Assembly (NCBI GenBank): GCA_025786725.1
Contig: JAHLTZ010000045.1
Span: 1-64,000, forward strand
Reading direction: 5' to 3'
Length of the DNA: 64,000 nt
From: Syncephalis fuscata S228
Lineage: Eukaryota; Fungi; Zoopagomycota
The position numbers and the translations under genes are program-made. The notes below the pieces were generated by a model. The model was not told where the DNA came from, did not search any database, and was given only the letters and a program-made list of their open reading frames with translations. This document shows positions 12,835 to 27,778 of this stretch, piece by piece (the first letter of the stretch is position 1; every line of letters starts with the position of its first letter).

Positions 12835-13218
12835 TGTAGAAAGATTGGTTGAATGTTAGTAGAAGCCATATGATTGCAATTCCATGCCGTTCCGCATCTT
12901 TGTTAGTGTATCTGAATGGTTCTTTTATTTTCTAATATTTGTATTACATCTTGGGTATATTTTGATGTAAAATCAAAATTAACATAATTATTAAAAGTCG
13001 TTTATTAAACAACCACTTCCTCTATAGCCAACCTAACTAGATAAATGGCATTTGAACAGCTAATATCATAATAACAATATATATCAAAACAATAATAAAG
13101 ATAACTAATTAATTACATATGAATTAATAATGTTGAATGCAATATTATACATGTTATAGAATGAGTGTTTAATTGTGTCTAAAGTGTTAAGAAAAGTGGA
13201 AGTCAAAGTACAACAGCT
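12835..13218 (-). repeat. Inverted copy of the 2459-2893 repeat
   Basis: Colinear reverse-complement similarity. Confidence 0.8.
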
Positions 13219-15479
13219 TTTTGATATTAAACATTGCATGAATGAATTATTAAAAATAATTTATTGCATAAAATAAGCAATATTATTATGTTCATAAATT
13301 AAATCTTGACAGTATTGCACTGCAAATAAATTGTTATAAAACGTGGGTAACTATTTCTAATGCGTTATTTAAAATGCTAAATTATGATAAACGAATGCAA
13401 TTTAAACATATTTATTGTATATCAAAAATAAACCAGTATTACTAAGTATTTATATGAATATAAACTGAAACCTCGTCAGTTTACAAATATTAACTAATTG
13501 TAATAATACTGACAATTTTGGCTATTTGTTATTCAAAACATTCCTTCAAGCCCAATAGCACTATGTGTTTTCGTTTTTCAATTACTTAAATAATCCTTGA
13601 TACATAGATTTATTGTATTATAATATAGAATTGTTCATCCATCGTTTTATTGGTAATATTCATATGGTAATAGATAAAAAAAGTTGCGACTTGTAAACTA
13701 TATTGCATAGAATAAGAAAAAACGTAATATTGCATGGAAATTTCTATTGGGTAACCAAGCATTACAACGCATTTATTCATGTGTAAACTTTAATAAATGA
13801 AACTTAACAAAAGTAAATTTTTCGGAATGTCCAACCAAGACGTGAAGATCAATAGGTATGTTCATATTTCAGGGGTACAGCACTCACGATAACTCCGATG
13901 CCAATCCGTGCGATCACTTTTCTCCTTATTGGCAATGACACTAAAGGAGAAACTAAAGACCGAAGCCAAGCTCAAATAGCTAGCAACTGAACAATAGACA
14001 AACACAGTTAAATCACAATATTGCATAGCAATTTATTATTTCAACAACATACCAATTTATTCCACATTTTTTTAGGGAAAACACCAATAAGCTTCTGCTT
14101 TAAAATAAAGACATGGTTTATTTAATTGCATCTCGGCTAATATGTAATTTGGCAATTAAATGCCAAGATTAAATGGGTACTTGCTAATATCAATAAATAT
14201 TACGCTAACAGTTAATGGAAGCATTTAATGGCAATGTATACTTGTAGTGCTGTTATCAAAAGAATGGCATTCTATTTATTGTAAATTTTAAATTTTAAAT
14301 TATTATTACGATATAAGAGCAATACGCCAAATACAAAATCATGTATAAATTAAAAAACATAGCCATAGTAGTTTGTTATACAAACCATTACAGTTCAAGA
14401 GCATTACTGGCTTACTACTCAATAATATTTATAATATGCAAAAGCACGTTAGATGTAATTGTTATTCCTGAAATATGTAAATAAATTTATTAGTAGATAT
14501 TATACAATCTGTTACTCAAAACTATTAAATATTTTCAATATATACTGATTTTCAACTACATAGTATATAGCAGAATAATTCGAATTTTTTGATTCTGGCT
14601 TTAAAAGCTTTATAGTCAAAGCCAAAACTATTTACCATACAGCGAATAGCAAGTCATTATTGAACATACGTCAAAGTAAGTCTAGTTTTAGTGCTTGATA
14701 TGCCATACTCAATTTTATTAATCTATTGGTGTTTGTCTTCTTGTTGTAGACACGTGTAGAGGCAGATTGCAGCAATAACAACTAAAGCTATATGATACAA
14801 TACAAAGCATCAATTTTACGCGTTAATGTTTGTATCGGCTTTGAATACGTGTATTAAAATCAATAAATCGCCGTAGAATAACAACTTGTAGGTAAATAGT
14901 GTAGAAAGAGATAGAAAGGAAATATTCCCAAAACAATTCACCAGATTTACCAGCAATCTAGTGGTGTGAAATTGCATATTTGGCGATGCAGCACTGGCGC
15001 CATTTCCTGTCTTTTAGCAGTCCCAATGCTTAAATATGCACATGGTATGCATCAATGAGACAACGTGCTGTTGTTGAGACAATCTTTGAGAAGCATGAAA
15101 TAGACGACGATATTACGCCTACATGATCGTGAATGAATGGCGCTATATTCACTTTTTCTATTAGAAACATGAGATGCATAAGACTAGCAGCAGTAGCAGT
15201 AGCGACAAGGCTCCCATGCCCACACACGACACACTCATGCACACAATTTATAACAACACGCACCTTTGGCTCAGCATATGCCATGGTGATACGGTTGTCG
15301 CCTGACAGCATAGATACAGTGGCTATGTCTGTATTCGTCTCTTGCTTACCTTTTTCTCGCCAGCTTAAAACGGCCTGCTTTGGCTCACATATTCCTTGCT
15401 TCGGAGTTGTACACTTTACTCTCTCTGTCTGCGTCCTGCTCGCCTGTCTGTCTATTCGCCTACATACCGCCTACATACT

Positions 15480-15512
15480 TACTTACTCACTCACTCACTC
15501 ACTCACTCACCT
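15480..15512 (+). repeat. (CTCA)n microsatellite in the upstream/5' UTR region
   Basis: actcactcactcactcactcactcac. Confidence 0.9.
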
Positions 15513-15614
15513 ACCTATCTACGTTACCGTCTACCTACCTGCATAGACTTGCCGTTATTTGCTATTATTGTCGCTGCTACTGCTACTGCTGTCTACTTTG
15601 CAGCCTTTGCGAAT

Positions 15615-17118
15615 ATGGCGTTTGCTCGTTTATTAAATGACTGGCGTAGTCAAACAGGTTACACACCGTCGGCTAGAGAAGCGGGTTCCACTAGTCATAG
15701 CAATGACCAGTTGGACAACGCGATGACACCTGCTTCTTCTACGTCGACCGCGTCGAGTAGTGTACCGCACCCGGGTATCTATACGACAAGCGAGGAGCTG
15801 TATTGTGAGAGTGAATCGGTAACACTGTCCCGGGACAACGGTACTCGTATTATTTTGTACGAGAATGCCGATATCATCACTGCTGAGAAGCCGCCTGGCT
15901 TCACCCGCTTTGTTTGTATGAGCGATACACATAATAATGTAGATAATACATTTCCTGTACCGGCGGGCGATGTCTTAAGTAAGTTACTAATTGCACCTCT
16001 GAGCATTGAACAATCAATTAATGCGGCATCCTTGCATTGACACCAGTTCATGCAGGCGATTTCACCTATACCGGAACAAAGGCGCAAGTTTTGAGTACAG
16101 TGGCATGGCTGGCAAGTTTACCTCATCCGTAGGCAGTATATTTGACTGTGCATTTATATTGGACCACTAATAATGGCCTATTGGCCTATAATGGCTATTA
16201 TTACTGTTACTATTGTAATCACTCTCTAGAACTAAGCTGATTATTGCCGGGAATCATGATTTAACGCAAGTGATTGTCTAATGCGATTTTTTATTGGTTA
16301 CCACTTTCTAGTGTGGTTTGTTGACACTATCGTTCTGTTGAATAGATTTGATACTGAAAATTACCCACAATACTGTAATAGCTTTCACCGAGTGCCGGAA
16401 GATGCTGCGGCCGTTAAGCGGATACTGACCGAAGCCGGCTACGGTATTCAGTATCTCGAGGATACGGCTTATCGGCTTAGTGACGCCAACGGAGGATGGT
16501 CGCTCTACGGTAGTCCATGGCAACCGGAATTTGGCGGCTGGGCTTTTAATAAGCCACGTGGATCATCGCTGCGCAGTAAGTAGCTTTATCTATTTATATA
16601 TATATATATATCGGTGAATGGCCAGCAATCAATGGCTTATTTTCCTATGATGTTGATGATAATCATAAAACACGCATCCAGAAATATGGGGGCGTATTCC
16701 CGAGGATACCGATATTCTTATTACACATTCGCCACCGCGCGGCATTCTTGATCGAGTCGTTACGGGTGAGTCGTGTGGCTGTGATGATCTACTATCCCGA
16801 GTACAAACAGTTCGTCCACTTGTTCACGTGTTTGGTCATATACACGAGGGCCGCGGCGTTCACGTCGACACCGACACGGTATTTATCAATGCTAGTACAC
16901 TAGATCGGCAGTATCAGGCGGAACATTCAGCCATTGTGTTTGATTTAGGTCGAGATGATGGCCAGTCGTCCAATTCTTCTGCCGTACCCGACACGTGTGA
17001 TGATAACAGTAACGACAATGAAGACGATGGCAATAGTGCTATGAATATGATAATAGCTAGCATCGTTTACTCGATTATTAATACAAGTGTAATAAACCGT
17101 GTTGTTATTTTTAAATAA
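15615..17118 (+). CDS. Calcineurin-like metallophosphoesterase (MPPED1/2-like)
   Basis: RFVCMSDTH, HAGDFT, IAGNHD, YGSPWQPEFGGWAF, DILITHSPP, VFGHIHEG, FINAS across exons. The C-terminal end is uncertain. Confidence 0.9.
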
Positions 17119-17781
17119 CGAGACTGGACCCCGAGCAAGCAATGACCACCACTACGCTAGTATGCTACGGTTAAGCTTTGCCGAGGTAATTTAAATGATA
17201 CATTGCTAATAACTAATGCTTTATTATATAATTGCTATTATATACTTACAAATAATTTAGTATTTGGAATAGTGTGATTCCATTAGTAGTATAAATACTA
17301 ATTTGATATTGGTCAATACATTAAATACCAACAATATTAAATTTATTGATAACAACATCTGTCTATGTCCCCCTCCCTCTGTTGTTATTCATGGTAATAT
17401 AACACCATGGTAACCACCATATAGCCAATCAATATAATAAACAATAACAATACTCTAATATTACAATATAGTTGTAAACAACACCATAATGTGTAATATT
17501 TATTATTTTAATATTAAAAGGTTATTACAAGTATTGTGGCACATGATGCTAGTTATTTATTAATAATACGCTGTCTATTTGTAATACGCACATTAATAAA
17601 AATAAACTATAAGCTTTATATTAGTTTTATAATAAAGTATTTATAATTATAACATATAATTGGGTCTATTCATAGTAGAATGAAAAACATTTATTGTGAT
17701 AGAAAATATCGCTAAAGACAAGCATCACATCAAATTGAAAGATGCATCGATGCCAGTATGTGGGTGTGTCCTATTCGATGT

Positions 17782-19068
17782 TTACGCTTGACGCTCGGTC
17801 TCTTCAGTGGATTTAACAAGCGCATCGGTTTCCTCGTAAGCAGGTGGGGCAGATACAATAAGTTGTGGGTCTTTAAAGTCGCCTGCCTTCTTTTCATCGT
17901 AGGCAAAGTCCAAAGAGGCATCGTCGTCATCGTCACCGCTATGAGGATGAAGTGCACGGTAGGCCGGGTCACGACGTTCACGCCATTGAGCATACATAGC
18001 AAGGGGCAATGCAACAAAGAGCGTAAGTACAAGCAATGAGCCGAAGAAAGTGGCCAAACCAACACGAACGGCCACCGGCAAACGGTGCCAGGCACGAGCT
18101 GCATGTTGGGCAAGTGGATGAGCACCACGATGGCATGGTGACATCATTTGTTCTTGTTCGGCCATTTCTTCAGCGTTAAAGGGAGCTGAATCAGGGAAGA
18201 AGGCAACACCTGGTAGACCAGCAAGCATAGGAATAGCCTTGGGCGAGTTGTGGCGAATTGCACCAGATGGCATAATGTCAATAACCTGTTCAATTAGATC
18301 GGTTTGGACGACATCGTGGCCGTTGATTTCCAGAATACGAGCAGTGACCACGACCCGGCGCACCTTAAGCATTGTCTCTGATATATCGACTGTCTCTTCG
18401 TTCGAGTCGTCTATATCGAGGGCATCGACAAGTATTTCATCGGCCTGTGCCTTTACCTTTAGCTTAACAATACCCGTATCAAATGCTGGCTCGACATCAT
18501 CGGCGGTAAGACCAGCCATTTGACCTCGTGGTGCAACCAATACATCAGTTTCAACCTGGATGGTTGATAGACCAAGATCAACTGGTACGCCATTGACAAG
18601 TACATCGTCGTCGTTGATATCAAAGTTTAGCTTGACATCCATAACTCGCTCGGCAATAATACGGCCATCATCGTCGAGTAGATCGTCAACACGTTCCACG
18701 GTTACAGCAAATGTTTCGTCTCCAAACATGGTTACACTTGTGGGCGACACACTCATTGTAGTGGATGACTCATCCGTAATAGGAGAGGCCGAAACGATGC
18801 CTATATCAATAAAAGTAAATGTAAAAGCAATAAATATTAGTATTGGTGACTAAATACACAAAGGCAGCAATAGTGACAGCAGCTGTAAAGTTCAATGTCA
18901 TATATAGAAGGGGACTGGCCTCATCTACACCTTTCGTAGATGTGACAATATACTTGAACATAATGGCTGGTAGCTGTTGTTTGTCATATCACCATACTGT
19001 TACGGTTACTTACCCGCCGATAGAACGGCACAAAGGGCCAATACACTCCACAATTTCGACCAACGCAT
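17782..19068 (-). CDS. Type I membrane protein: signal peptide, acidic ectodomain, one TM helix, PPxY tail
   Basis: Exon 1 MRWSKLWSVLALCAVLSA splices in frame (intron ~19013-18802) to GIVSASPITDE. TM VGLATFFGSLLVLTLFVALPLAMYA. Tail contains YRAL and PPAY. Confidence 0.75.
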
Positions 19069-19671
19069 GATGGGATAGCGTATCAAAGTATGTACGAATG
19101 TGGTGTAGTAGTGGTGCTGGTAGTGGTAGTTATGCGGGTGTGTAGGCTATATATACTGCCAAGAAACACAATGACAACTATAAACACTGGAGTAAACTGC
19201 AACAACTGCCTTGACTACCTTCGGTTAGAAGGATAAAAAGAAATGCAAGCAAAGAATTGAAGCTACAAGAGCTACAAGTGTGTGTGTGTGTGTGGTGAGT
19301 AAATGGTAAAGTGAAAGAGTGTCGTTTAAGTGTGTGTGTATAAAACACAAAATGCTGTTATAGACTGCAATAAAAGGAGTATTGCCCTCCAAAAGTGAGT
19401 AACCGTGTGTGTGTGTGAAGAAAACGAGTAGGGATCAAATACATCCCTATTTCTCACTTCTATTTATTAGTCAGAAAAGACATTGTCCCATTTACAGCAA
19501 TTGTTACAATAGCCAATTAAATCAATATGAACATGTTTATGCTCCGCTATGATGCCATACAAGTTCATTGTAATACTGTTTGAGGTAATGGCGGAATGCA
19601 TTTCAAACAATGTTTACTATTATCACAAATGAATGGCTAATTACTATTTATATTATCAACATGTACTACTT

Positions 19672-22600
19672 TCAAGCAAGGGGGAGACCATTCCACTCGT
19701 CTTCTTCAGTTTCTGCTATTTCCTCGCTTTGCGGCTCTTCAAACTTTACCGCGCTAATCGAAGTATCCAATTGGTTGACGTTGTTTGCTGCTATTTTCGC
19801 TTTCTTGCGAGTGCCATCAGAGCTATTTGATATGGCAATATTCCATTTGGGGAAAAATATCTACAAGTAAAAATAAAAATAAAATGTGAGAAACTGGCGT
19901 GCTGATTATCAAATAGGCAGTGCAACTACACGTACTTCTATTGCTAAAAAAGAGCGGTGTTGCCATGTCTTTATAAAACGTCGTGTACAATGGTTGATAA
20001 ATTGCTGTAGCGCATCATAGACAGGATTATTTTCAAGACTAGACAATTGATCTAGTACTTTATCAAATAGCTGTAACACAGAAAGCTAATTGTAACAATT
20101 ATTATGATTAATAACAACGAAATACCCGTCATAGTAAGTTACCTTATAAAATAGCCATTCACATTGGCAACTAACAAAGAGTCGATGAAACATACTAACA
20201 ATATGTTTCACCGTTATTAGATCCAAATTTGGTAGTTGTTCCAATAGAATACAGTACACTTGTACAATCGATTCGCGCGCAAAACTCTATTATTGCGTTA
20301 ATCAGTATTAGTATAAACTATGATGGAAAAGTACTAATAAAAACGCACCATTTGAAATTTAGAAAACTCAAATTGACGTTCTGATGTTATCTGAACTGAT
20401 ACATTTTTCTTTTTATCTTCCTCGTTCTCTTCTTCGTCACTTGTATTGTCATCTTCGTCATTGTGATCACTTTCTTCTTCGTTATCTTCTTGATCCTCAT
20501 CATCTATTAATTAATTAATATTAATTATATACTAAAATGATGTCTTGTTCTATTACCTTTAGTTTTACGTTGTCTCTTTCGTTTACCCGCTCGGTGTTGT
20601 CGAACGAATACATGTCTACGTTCTTGCGCATATTGTTCAAGCATCTTTAATAATATGTGAATCATTGCTACTAAATCTATTAAATAGCTAATTATATTAA
20701 ATAATTATAATATTATTATTAACTATTAATTATATATAGCTATTAATAACTTACGCAGCATCACGTGCAGTCGGTATTTGACATAATTGAATCATCAAAT
20801 CTAAAATTGTTTTTTCATAGAAAATATTGGCTTGTAATGATTCGGCTGCTGAACGGTGTTGTGTATTTGGTGATTGTAACATTATTTGAATCATACATAG
20901 CTATATTTATAGTTTAATATAATACTATTAATAATAGTGTTCTATTTACCGTTTGATGAAATGCATTAACGGGATAGACAATATCTGAATATAGCTATTA
21001 TTATACTATTAACATACATACATACATACACACACATATATATATATATATATTATTAATCGCATTACCTTCAAATCACGACATTGTTGAATACGTTTAA
21101 TTTCACATAGAATTGTACGTAAATTTAATGCTTCAGCGCTATGTTCAAATAGTATTGTATCTGATGTCTATTATTATTTAAATTAAAATTTTGATAAAAT
21201 AAAATGGATACTTACGATATTCGTCATATCTGGTAATGTTAATAGTTGAAATTCAAGGAAAAAGGCTATAAATGAAAAGAAACGATTATTATCTTCATTC
21301 AGTACATCTTGTCGTCCAACATCGATTGCATGGCGTACTGATATAACAATAGCTAGTATCGATTGTTATTTTATTATTAATTCGTTAATTACTTGGTTAA
21401 ATAGCTTTATATAATTGAATTGCCACAACTTACGATTAAAACAACTACGAATAATTATTTCAGCGGTTTCATACAACATTTTACCAAGATCTGGATCTAA
21501 TGGAGTTTTTTGTTGATTAAATTTCTATTCGGCTATTGGTTAATTAATTATGAAGGCTATCTATTCAGCTATTTACCCATAGTTTGGCCGTTGCTGTCTT
21601 TGGCTTCTTCCATGACTCCATTGCCGTATGAAATGATAGTTGTGGTGTAAATTGCTGTAGAATACTATATTGTGTTCCATCCTAGTAATCCATATTATAA
21701 TATGAATACACATAATAAACATAATTAACAACTATTATTACTTACTGCCATTCTTTCGGTAATAGCCCCGCCAAATCGTGAATGTCGCGAGGGTGCATTG
21801 CGTTTTTGTTCATTACGCAGTCTTTCTTCTTTGTCAAGTTCACTTAAAAGTAGATTACTCTTCAATTCAGTTTTTCTATAACTTGCTAGTTGCTTGGATG
21901 TTGTCTGTGAAAATAATAAGCTTATAACTTCAAGCAGCAGTAAATTCCACGCTGTGAATTCTTGTGTGGCAATCGATGATGCAATTACAAGAAACAGTCG
22001 TACAAATGATGTACTATGCAATTCTTTAACTAAAGCAGTCTATGATCGGTTGTATTAGCACAATTGTTTTACTATCTAGTCGCTATACATACATGCATCT
22101 GTGTATACTTTAATGCATCTGCAAAAGCGCCAGAGGGTGCATGTGGATCCTCAATAATAAGTAAGTTGCGAATAAGTGTAATAAGTAAGCGAATAAGTGC
22201 TTGTCGTCGTCCCGATCGCTCTCTAATAGCCATTGTAAATAGTTAAGCCCTACTCGTGATCAGTATCCAATAACTTACGTATACGGAACGGCTATCCAAC
22301 GTGTAAGCATAGTAAATAATGCTGGAAGTATACGCTCATGAATAAAGGCATACTTGTAATCCCATAAATGTTGACGACGCTCAACAAGCCAAGGTAGCGT
22401 CTTCTCAGGTGGCCATGTCAATGGCACTAGCAGTTCAACTATAGCCGCATAAATAGTCACCCATTAGTATCCGTTGATTATTTCGGCTCTTTTCTTTAAA
22501 TTAACTGCTCCACTTACGACAAGCACCGCAAACAAGTTCCTGATCTTCTGTATTGCCTTCATAGGTTTTAGTAAAATCGGCAACAAGTCGAGCGTCAAAA

Positions 22601-22899
22601 TGTGCATTTCACCAACGCGACGTAATAACGGCTTATTATCGGTATAATCGTCGCGTAATAAATACTGTTTAATATCACGTAGACAATCTAAATAATATTT
22701 ATGTTTAATGTCGCTGTTATTATTGTTACCACTACTACTTACCAAGACATTCGTCGCCGAGTACATAACGGCCTTTTTGTTGTGTTTTACAACTACCTAT
22801 GGACGATTCATTCTTACTCCCAATAGTATCGGGTGTCGATTCAAAGCCACCAAGTGCCTCACATACATTGAGAAACAACGTCTCGATCGAGGCTGACAT
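19672..22899 (-). CDS. TOF1: Tof1/Swi1/Timeless fork-protection subunit, many introns
   Basis: CEALGG, CLRDIKQYL, DLLPIL, VELLVPLTWP, YKYAF, LIRNLLII and PSRHSRFGG match the TIMELESS N-terminal domain. Confidence 0.85.
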
Positions 22900-25046
22900 T
22901 ATTGTTATTATTTAACTAGTCAATCAATCAATCCGCGTATATATATAAAAAATGGAAATAAAAGTGAAGCAGTGTTAACGCGTCCAAATGTAATATATTA
23001 TGACACGCGATTTTCATTTATTAAAAACTACCACTTTACACACCATCAAAAGAATTGCTAGTTTATAATTTAATACAATTCACTACCATGATGATGGTGG
23101 TTATTGCCACCACTATCATTATTGGTTACCACCGAAACCTATCCATTTGACCATTAGTCAATCATGGTATAATAGAGTACAGTAGTAGTCATATCTCTTA
23201 CTATTGCAAATACTTTATGACTAGGTGAGTCACATATGTAACAGGTTTATTGGTTTTAAATATGTAACACACTGCAAAAACTATGATGCCAACGACTTGT
23301 CCATCGATCCACTTGTATAGAATTTCGAATAAAAAGTTTGCTTGCCAATGGTTTAATATTATTAATTAATTAATAAACTGATTTGTTTAACAATAGGATC
23401 ACTATCACTATTCGTAGTAGTAGTAGTAATGCTGTTACTATTGAAAGAGATATTTGATTAATGAAACGTAAGCAGTGTAGTGAATTGGCTAATGCCACCT
23501 CCCCACTACTACTAGTGGCGTCGGTAGATAGATACTTGGCACATGGCTAGCTTATCAGTTGCTGTGATCGCTTAGCCCCACCTTATCCTTTGTGATAGCA
23601 CTATGGGACGCGGAATTGAATACGTCACACGCATGACCATAGCAAATATACACACACTCATAGAAAAACAAACTGCGCTGTAACTTTACAGATAAAGAAA
23701 TGATTTCCGCTATTATTCCCATATAATGGCCATACGGCTAAGCAGTGGGCCAATGTGAAACAGTGAGAATTAATTGACAATGAGCAATTACGTGTCAATA
23801 ACTTGCCAGATGAGACACATTAATATCTGGTTTAGATTAACGCACTTACCAATACCATCACCACACCTCATTACTACCACAACTACCACGCTGCACTACA
23901 CTAACTACTACCTATCCCATCAACGGTTGTTTGTCTTTTCTTTACATTTTCGTTCTTCTGTTACTACTTTCTTGTTGACTATTCATTGCGATAGTACCGA
24001 TTACTAACTGCGTTTGGTCATTTCCAGTGCCTCTCTCTCTCTCTATCCTGCATCAGTTGTTATTCACGTGGGGGTTCGTTATACACCGCGTAGACGTCAA
24101 ACCCACACCAACACTGATCAACTTCTAGCTACTATAGCATCTCGTAACAAGCATAGCTGTATACTGAATAAGGTAGGTGACATATTATGTATAGTGTATC
24201 TGCTATGGCACAATTTATGATGTTGTTCGCTTATTGCGATTTTGTTTATTCGTGCTATGGTTTTAGTGTAAAGCGCACTATAAACTAAATAGCTCTATTA
24301 GTTTTCGATACATATTTTTAATGTTCTATCGATTGTTCGTGCTAGTGGTATACGCAGCACTATGTGAATGCTTATCTACTAAGTCAGTGAGCCATTGCTT
24401 AACAATACGCTCAAGCTTATACAACAAGCATTATGATTGTGTCTATTTGTTTTTGTGAGGATATGATTTCATTTTTTCCCTTGTGAAATGTGGTGGGATG
24501 GCGCAGCATCTGCGGCTTCTATGCCGTCATATTTACAATCATATTATTATTATTATCATAATAGAGGCCATTGATATCATTAGCGCAAATGGTCATAGAA
24601 ATAGAGGAGGGAAAGCAAGTAGTGTAGATACAGTCATTGGCACGCACCAATAATAGTATGGGCAGTGGTCAAAGGGGCGGTAAATTCTTCTATGCTGCAT
24701 AACCACGAACTGGTTATTTTGTTACCCGTGCCAATGTCTATTTATCAATTACGATATTTTCTACAAACTATGACGTCAATGATAGTAATAGTTAACAATA
24801 TCTGTAACGTGTGACTGTTTTTACGCTATGATCGTCATTGTCATATTATTACTATCTATGGACACTTGCTATCGGACACTTTTTATCAGTATTTGATGCG
24901 CGTGATCGTGTAATTAAATAATCCACAAGTCATTATTTCTATTATTATTATTTTTGTTATTATTCTATATATATACATATATTAACACAGCACTTCTTTC
25001 TTTACTTCTTCCTATAGTCTCCGGTCTACCTATAAATATCATAGTC

Positions 25047-27468
25047 ATGGATAGTATTTCCCCGGGTCAAACAGCATCGGCCCGGGTGGTTACCAGCATC
25101 ATCCACTACATTCTCATACGCTTTCAAATACTACATTTACAGCTAGTACACCACCTGATTCTACGTTTGTTCATACAGCACACACACCAGACACGACAAT
25201 TACCATTCAAGTGCCGGCTAGCTCACCACCGGCAACACCACATACCGCTGCTACAGCTACAGCCTCTACAGACACTGTTACTTTTGCCGCCGACTATCAC
25301 ATCACAGCAGCAATAGTGGTAGCGGCAGTGATATCAATCCACTAGATGCAAGCCCAAGTGCTGCCGACTTAGCGTCGTTAGCCATTACGCAAAAATCGTT
25401 ATCAGAACAAGCGTTACCGGAAGCGCCGCTGTTGTTACCGGATTTCCCTGATCCACTAGCGGCATTAGTAGCGAATTCTGAAAAACAACAACAAGAACAA
25501 CAGCAACAACACGCTAGCGATACACTCAATATGGGAGGCGATACAGATTTACTAACACCAAGCATTAAAATGGTGGATCAAGGTGTTTATCCAACACCAA
25601 ATTCACCACCTAAGCCACAAATGGATCATCGACGCGAAGACATGCCAATGATCAAATTGGAAGAAACAACGACCAATATGGATTTGGTGGGTAATGATAC
25701 GGCTTCGGTGGCGGCTGCGGCTGCTGTAGCTGCTGCCGCGGCCGATCTTATTTCATTGAATACCTCATCAGCCACTCTTACAGCTGCCCACCACCACCAA
25801 CAGGCACACCAGCAGCTATCGCAAGCCCATTTAACAGCATCAGCAGCATTTGATCAAACGATATCACAGCCAAATATTGATGTATAACCAGTCTGGCTCC
25901 TACCCAGGTAGTGGTACCGTATCTACTCATTATCCAACATCATGTCAACCAACTCAATGGATTTACTTGGTTCAAGCCATTCGATGAGCGGCTATCCAAT
26001 GCTTATAGCCAAGACAGAATTACGTATTGCTGGCAATCTTGATGCCATGTTATACGAATGGTAATTAAAATGTTTAAACTGTATACATGCATCATATCTA
26101 ATTAAACTTTATTTATAGGTCGATGGAAGAACGACAGGAACGACGACGATTAGTGGAATTTGCTCCACAACGCTCAAATAACACCATTACTTGCTCGTTT
26201 CAACCGGTAACACCAGGTGACCATAAACCACCACATATTGTCGTATCCTGCATCTTTTGGGAAGATCGTGGTGACTGTTTCATCACTAGTGTTGATTGTA
26301 TCCATCTACTTGAATCACTAATGGTGTAAGATTTCAAGTCGAAGAGAAGAACAGAATACGTCGTAATCTTGAAGGATTCCGCCAATTACCGTTTCAAAAG
26401 CCAAACCAGAAACGGCCGAATTCTTCAAACTCATCATGTCATTCCCAATCCAAAGCCACGTAACATTGAAAAAGATGTTAAAGTATTTCCATGGCGTACT
26501 TTACCACACGCTCTACGCAAAATCGTTAACAAATATGTAAGTCATCCAACATAGCTAGCGTATTGATTATTAATATTTGTATATTTATTAGCAGCCGCTA
26601 TGAACAGTTCATCATCTATTGATATGAATCTTATGCAACGTGGTGGCAATGGTGGTCTAATGCTGTCATCACCAATGACTAGTTCACTAACTAATCAAGG
26701 ACATGGCACAGCAACAGATCGTCAACACCGATATGGTAAATATTGCTATTACATTACATTATATTATATTATATTAATTACTATTTCTATTAATAGGCTA
26801 TCACCATATTCTATTTCTCGTCGATTCTCACATCCATCCGTGGCTAGCCATTTATTGGCACAAAACCATCATGGATTCAACCCTTCCGCTACTAGTCATG
26901 GTCTTGACATAACAAGCTTATCGAAAGAAGAGCTGCAAACATTTGGTATTCATACGCAACTCTACAAACTGCAACAGGCAGTTTATCAAATGGATCAACT
27001 GGAGGCAGTGCCAGCGATACACTAAATCCCGCTGCCGCCTATCCATCAGATCCATTGTCATCTGGTTCATTAGGCAGCGATGCAGCTACTTTTGATCTCG
27101 ATTCTGTATCATCACAACAAGCGGGTGGCACCAGCACTGCCAACGATAATACTAATGGTGGCATGCTTAATTGGCCAGCTTCATTTGATGGATTAGACAC
27201 GACAACGTTTGCCCTATCACCACGTACACAGCAACAATTACGTCAAGCAGGTCTTTCTGGTCGACGTCACTCTATCGCCGATCCGTATAGTTTGCGTCAA
27301 GCAAGTCAACAGTTATTTGATTTAGCCGCGGCTAATAACTCGCTTAATACTAGTCTTGCTGGTCTATCGGATGCCGCTCGTATAGCTCACCTCGATGGTC
27401 GTGATGCAAAACAAGACTTTATTGATTTTAGTGCACCACCACCTGCCGGTCTTAATGTATTCCCGTAA
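25047..27468 (+). CDS. medA: Medusa (MedA)-like transcriptional regulator
   Basis: RRLVEF, VSCIFWE, CFITSVDCIHLLE, FQVEEKNRIRRNLEG, FFKLIMSFPNPKPRNIEKDVKVFPW, with Q/A/S-rich flanks. Several frameshifts. Confidence 0.85.
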
Positions 27469-27778
27469 TAAGTAGTGGTTTTAGTTTTAGTTTTAGTATA
27501 TAATTACTATACTGCTGCTATTACTCGATATCATTATACCGACAATATTGACCATAACCATTTGGCCAATTTTCTATTCTCTCTTCTTTCTCTATCTTTC
27601 TTTTCTCTTTTCTCTTCTAATTTCTTTGTTTCTTTTTTTGTAACATTCTTTGCTAATAGAGAAAGATCGATGGTCATAAAGCAAGAATGTTCCATATATA
27701 CTTTCGCTCTCCCTTTGTGTATTACATTACTTTTTACTGTTAATATGCTCGAATAAATGGTTTATAATATTTGTGTAA

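Noticed and set aside
13820-13995. GC-richer island, possible ncRNA or small gene
   Set aside because: No recognisable snRNA, snoRNA, tRNA or SRP motif, and no convincing ORF.
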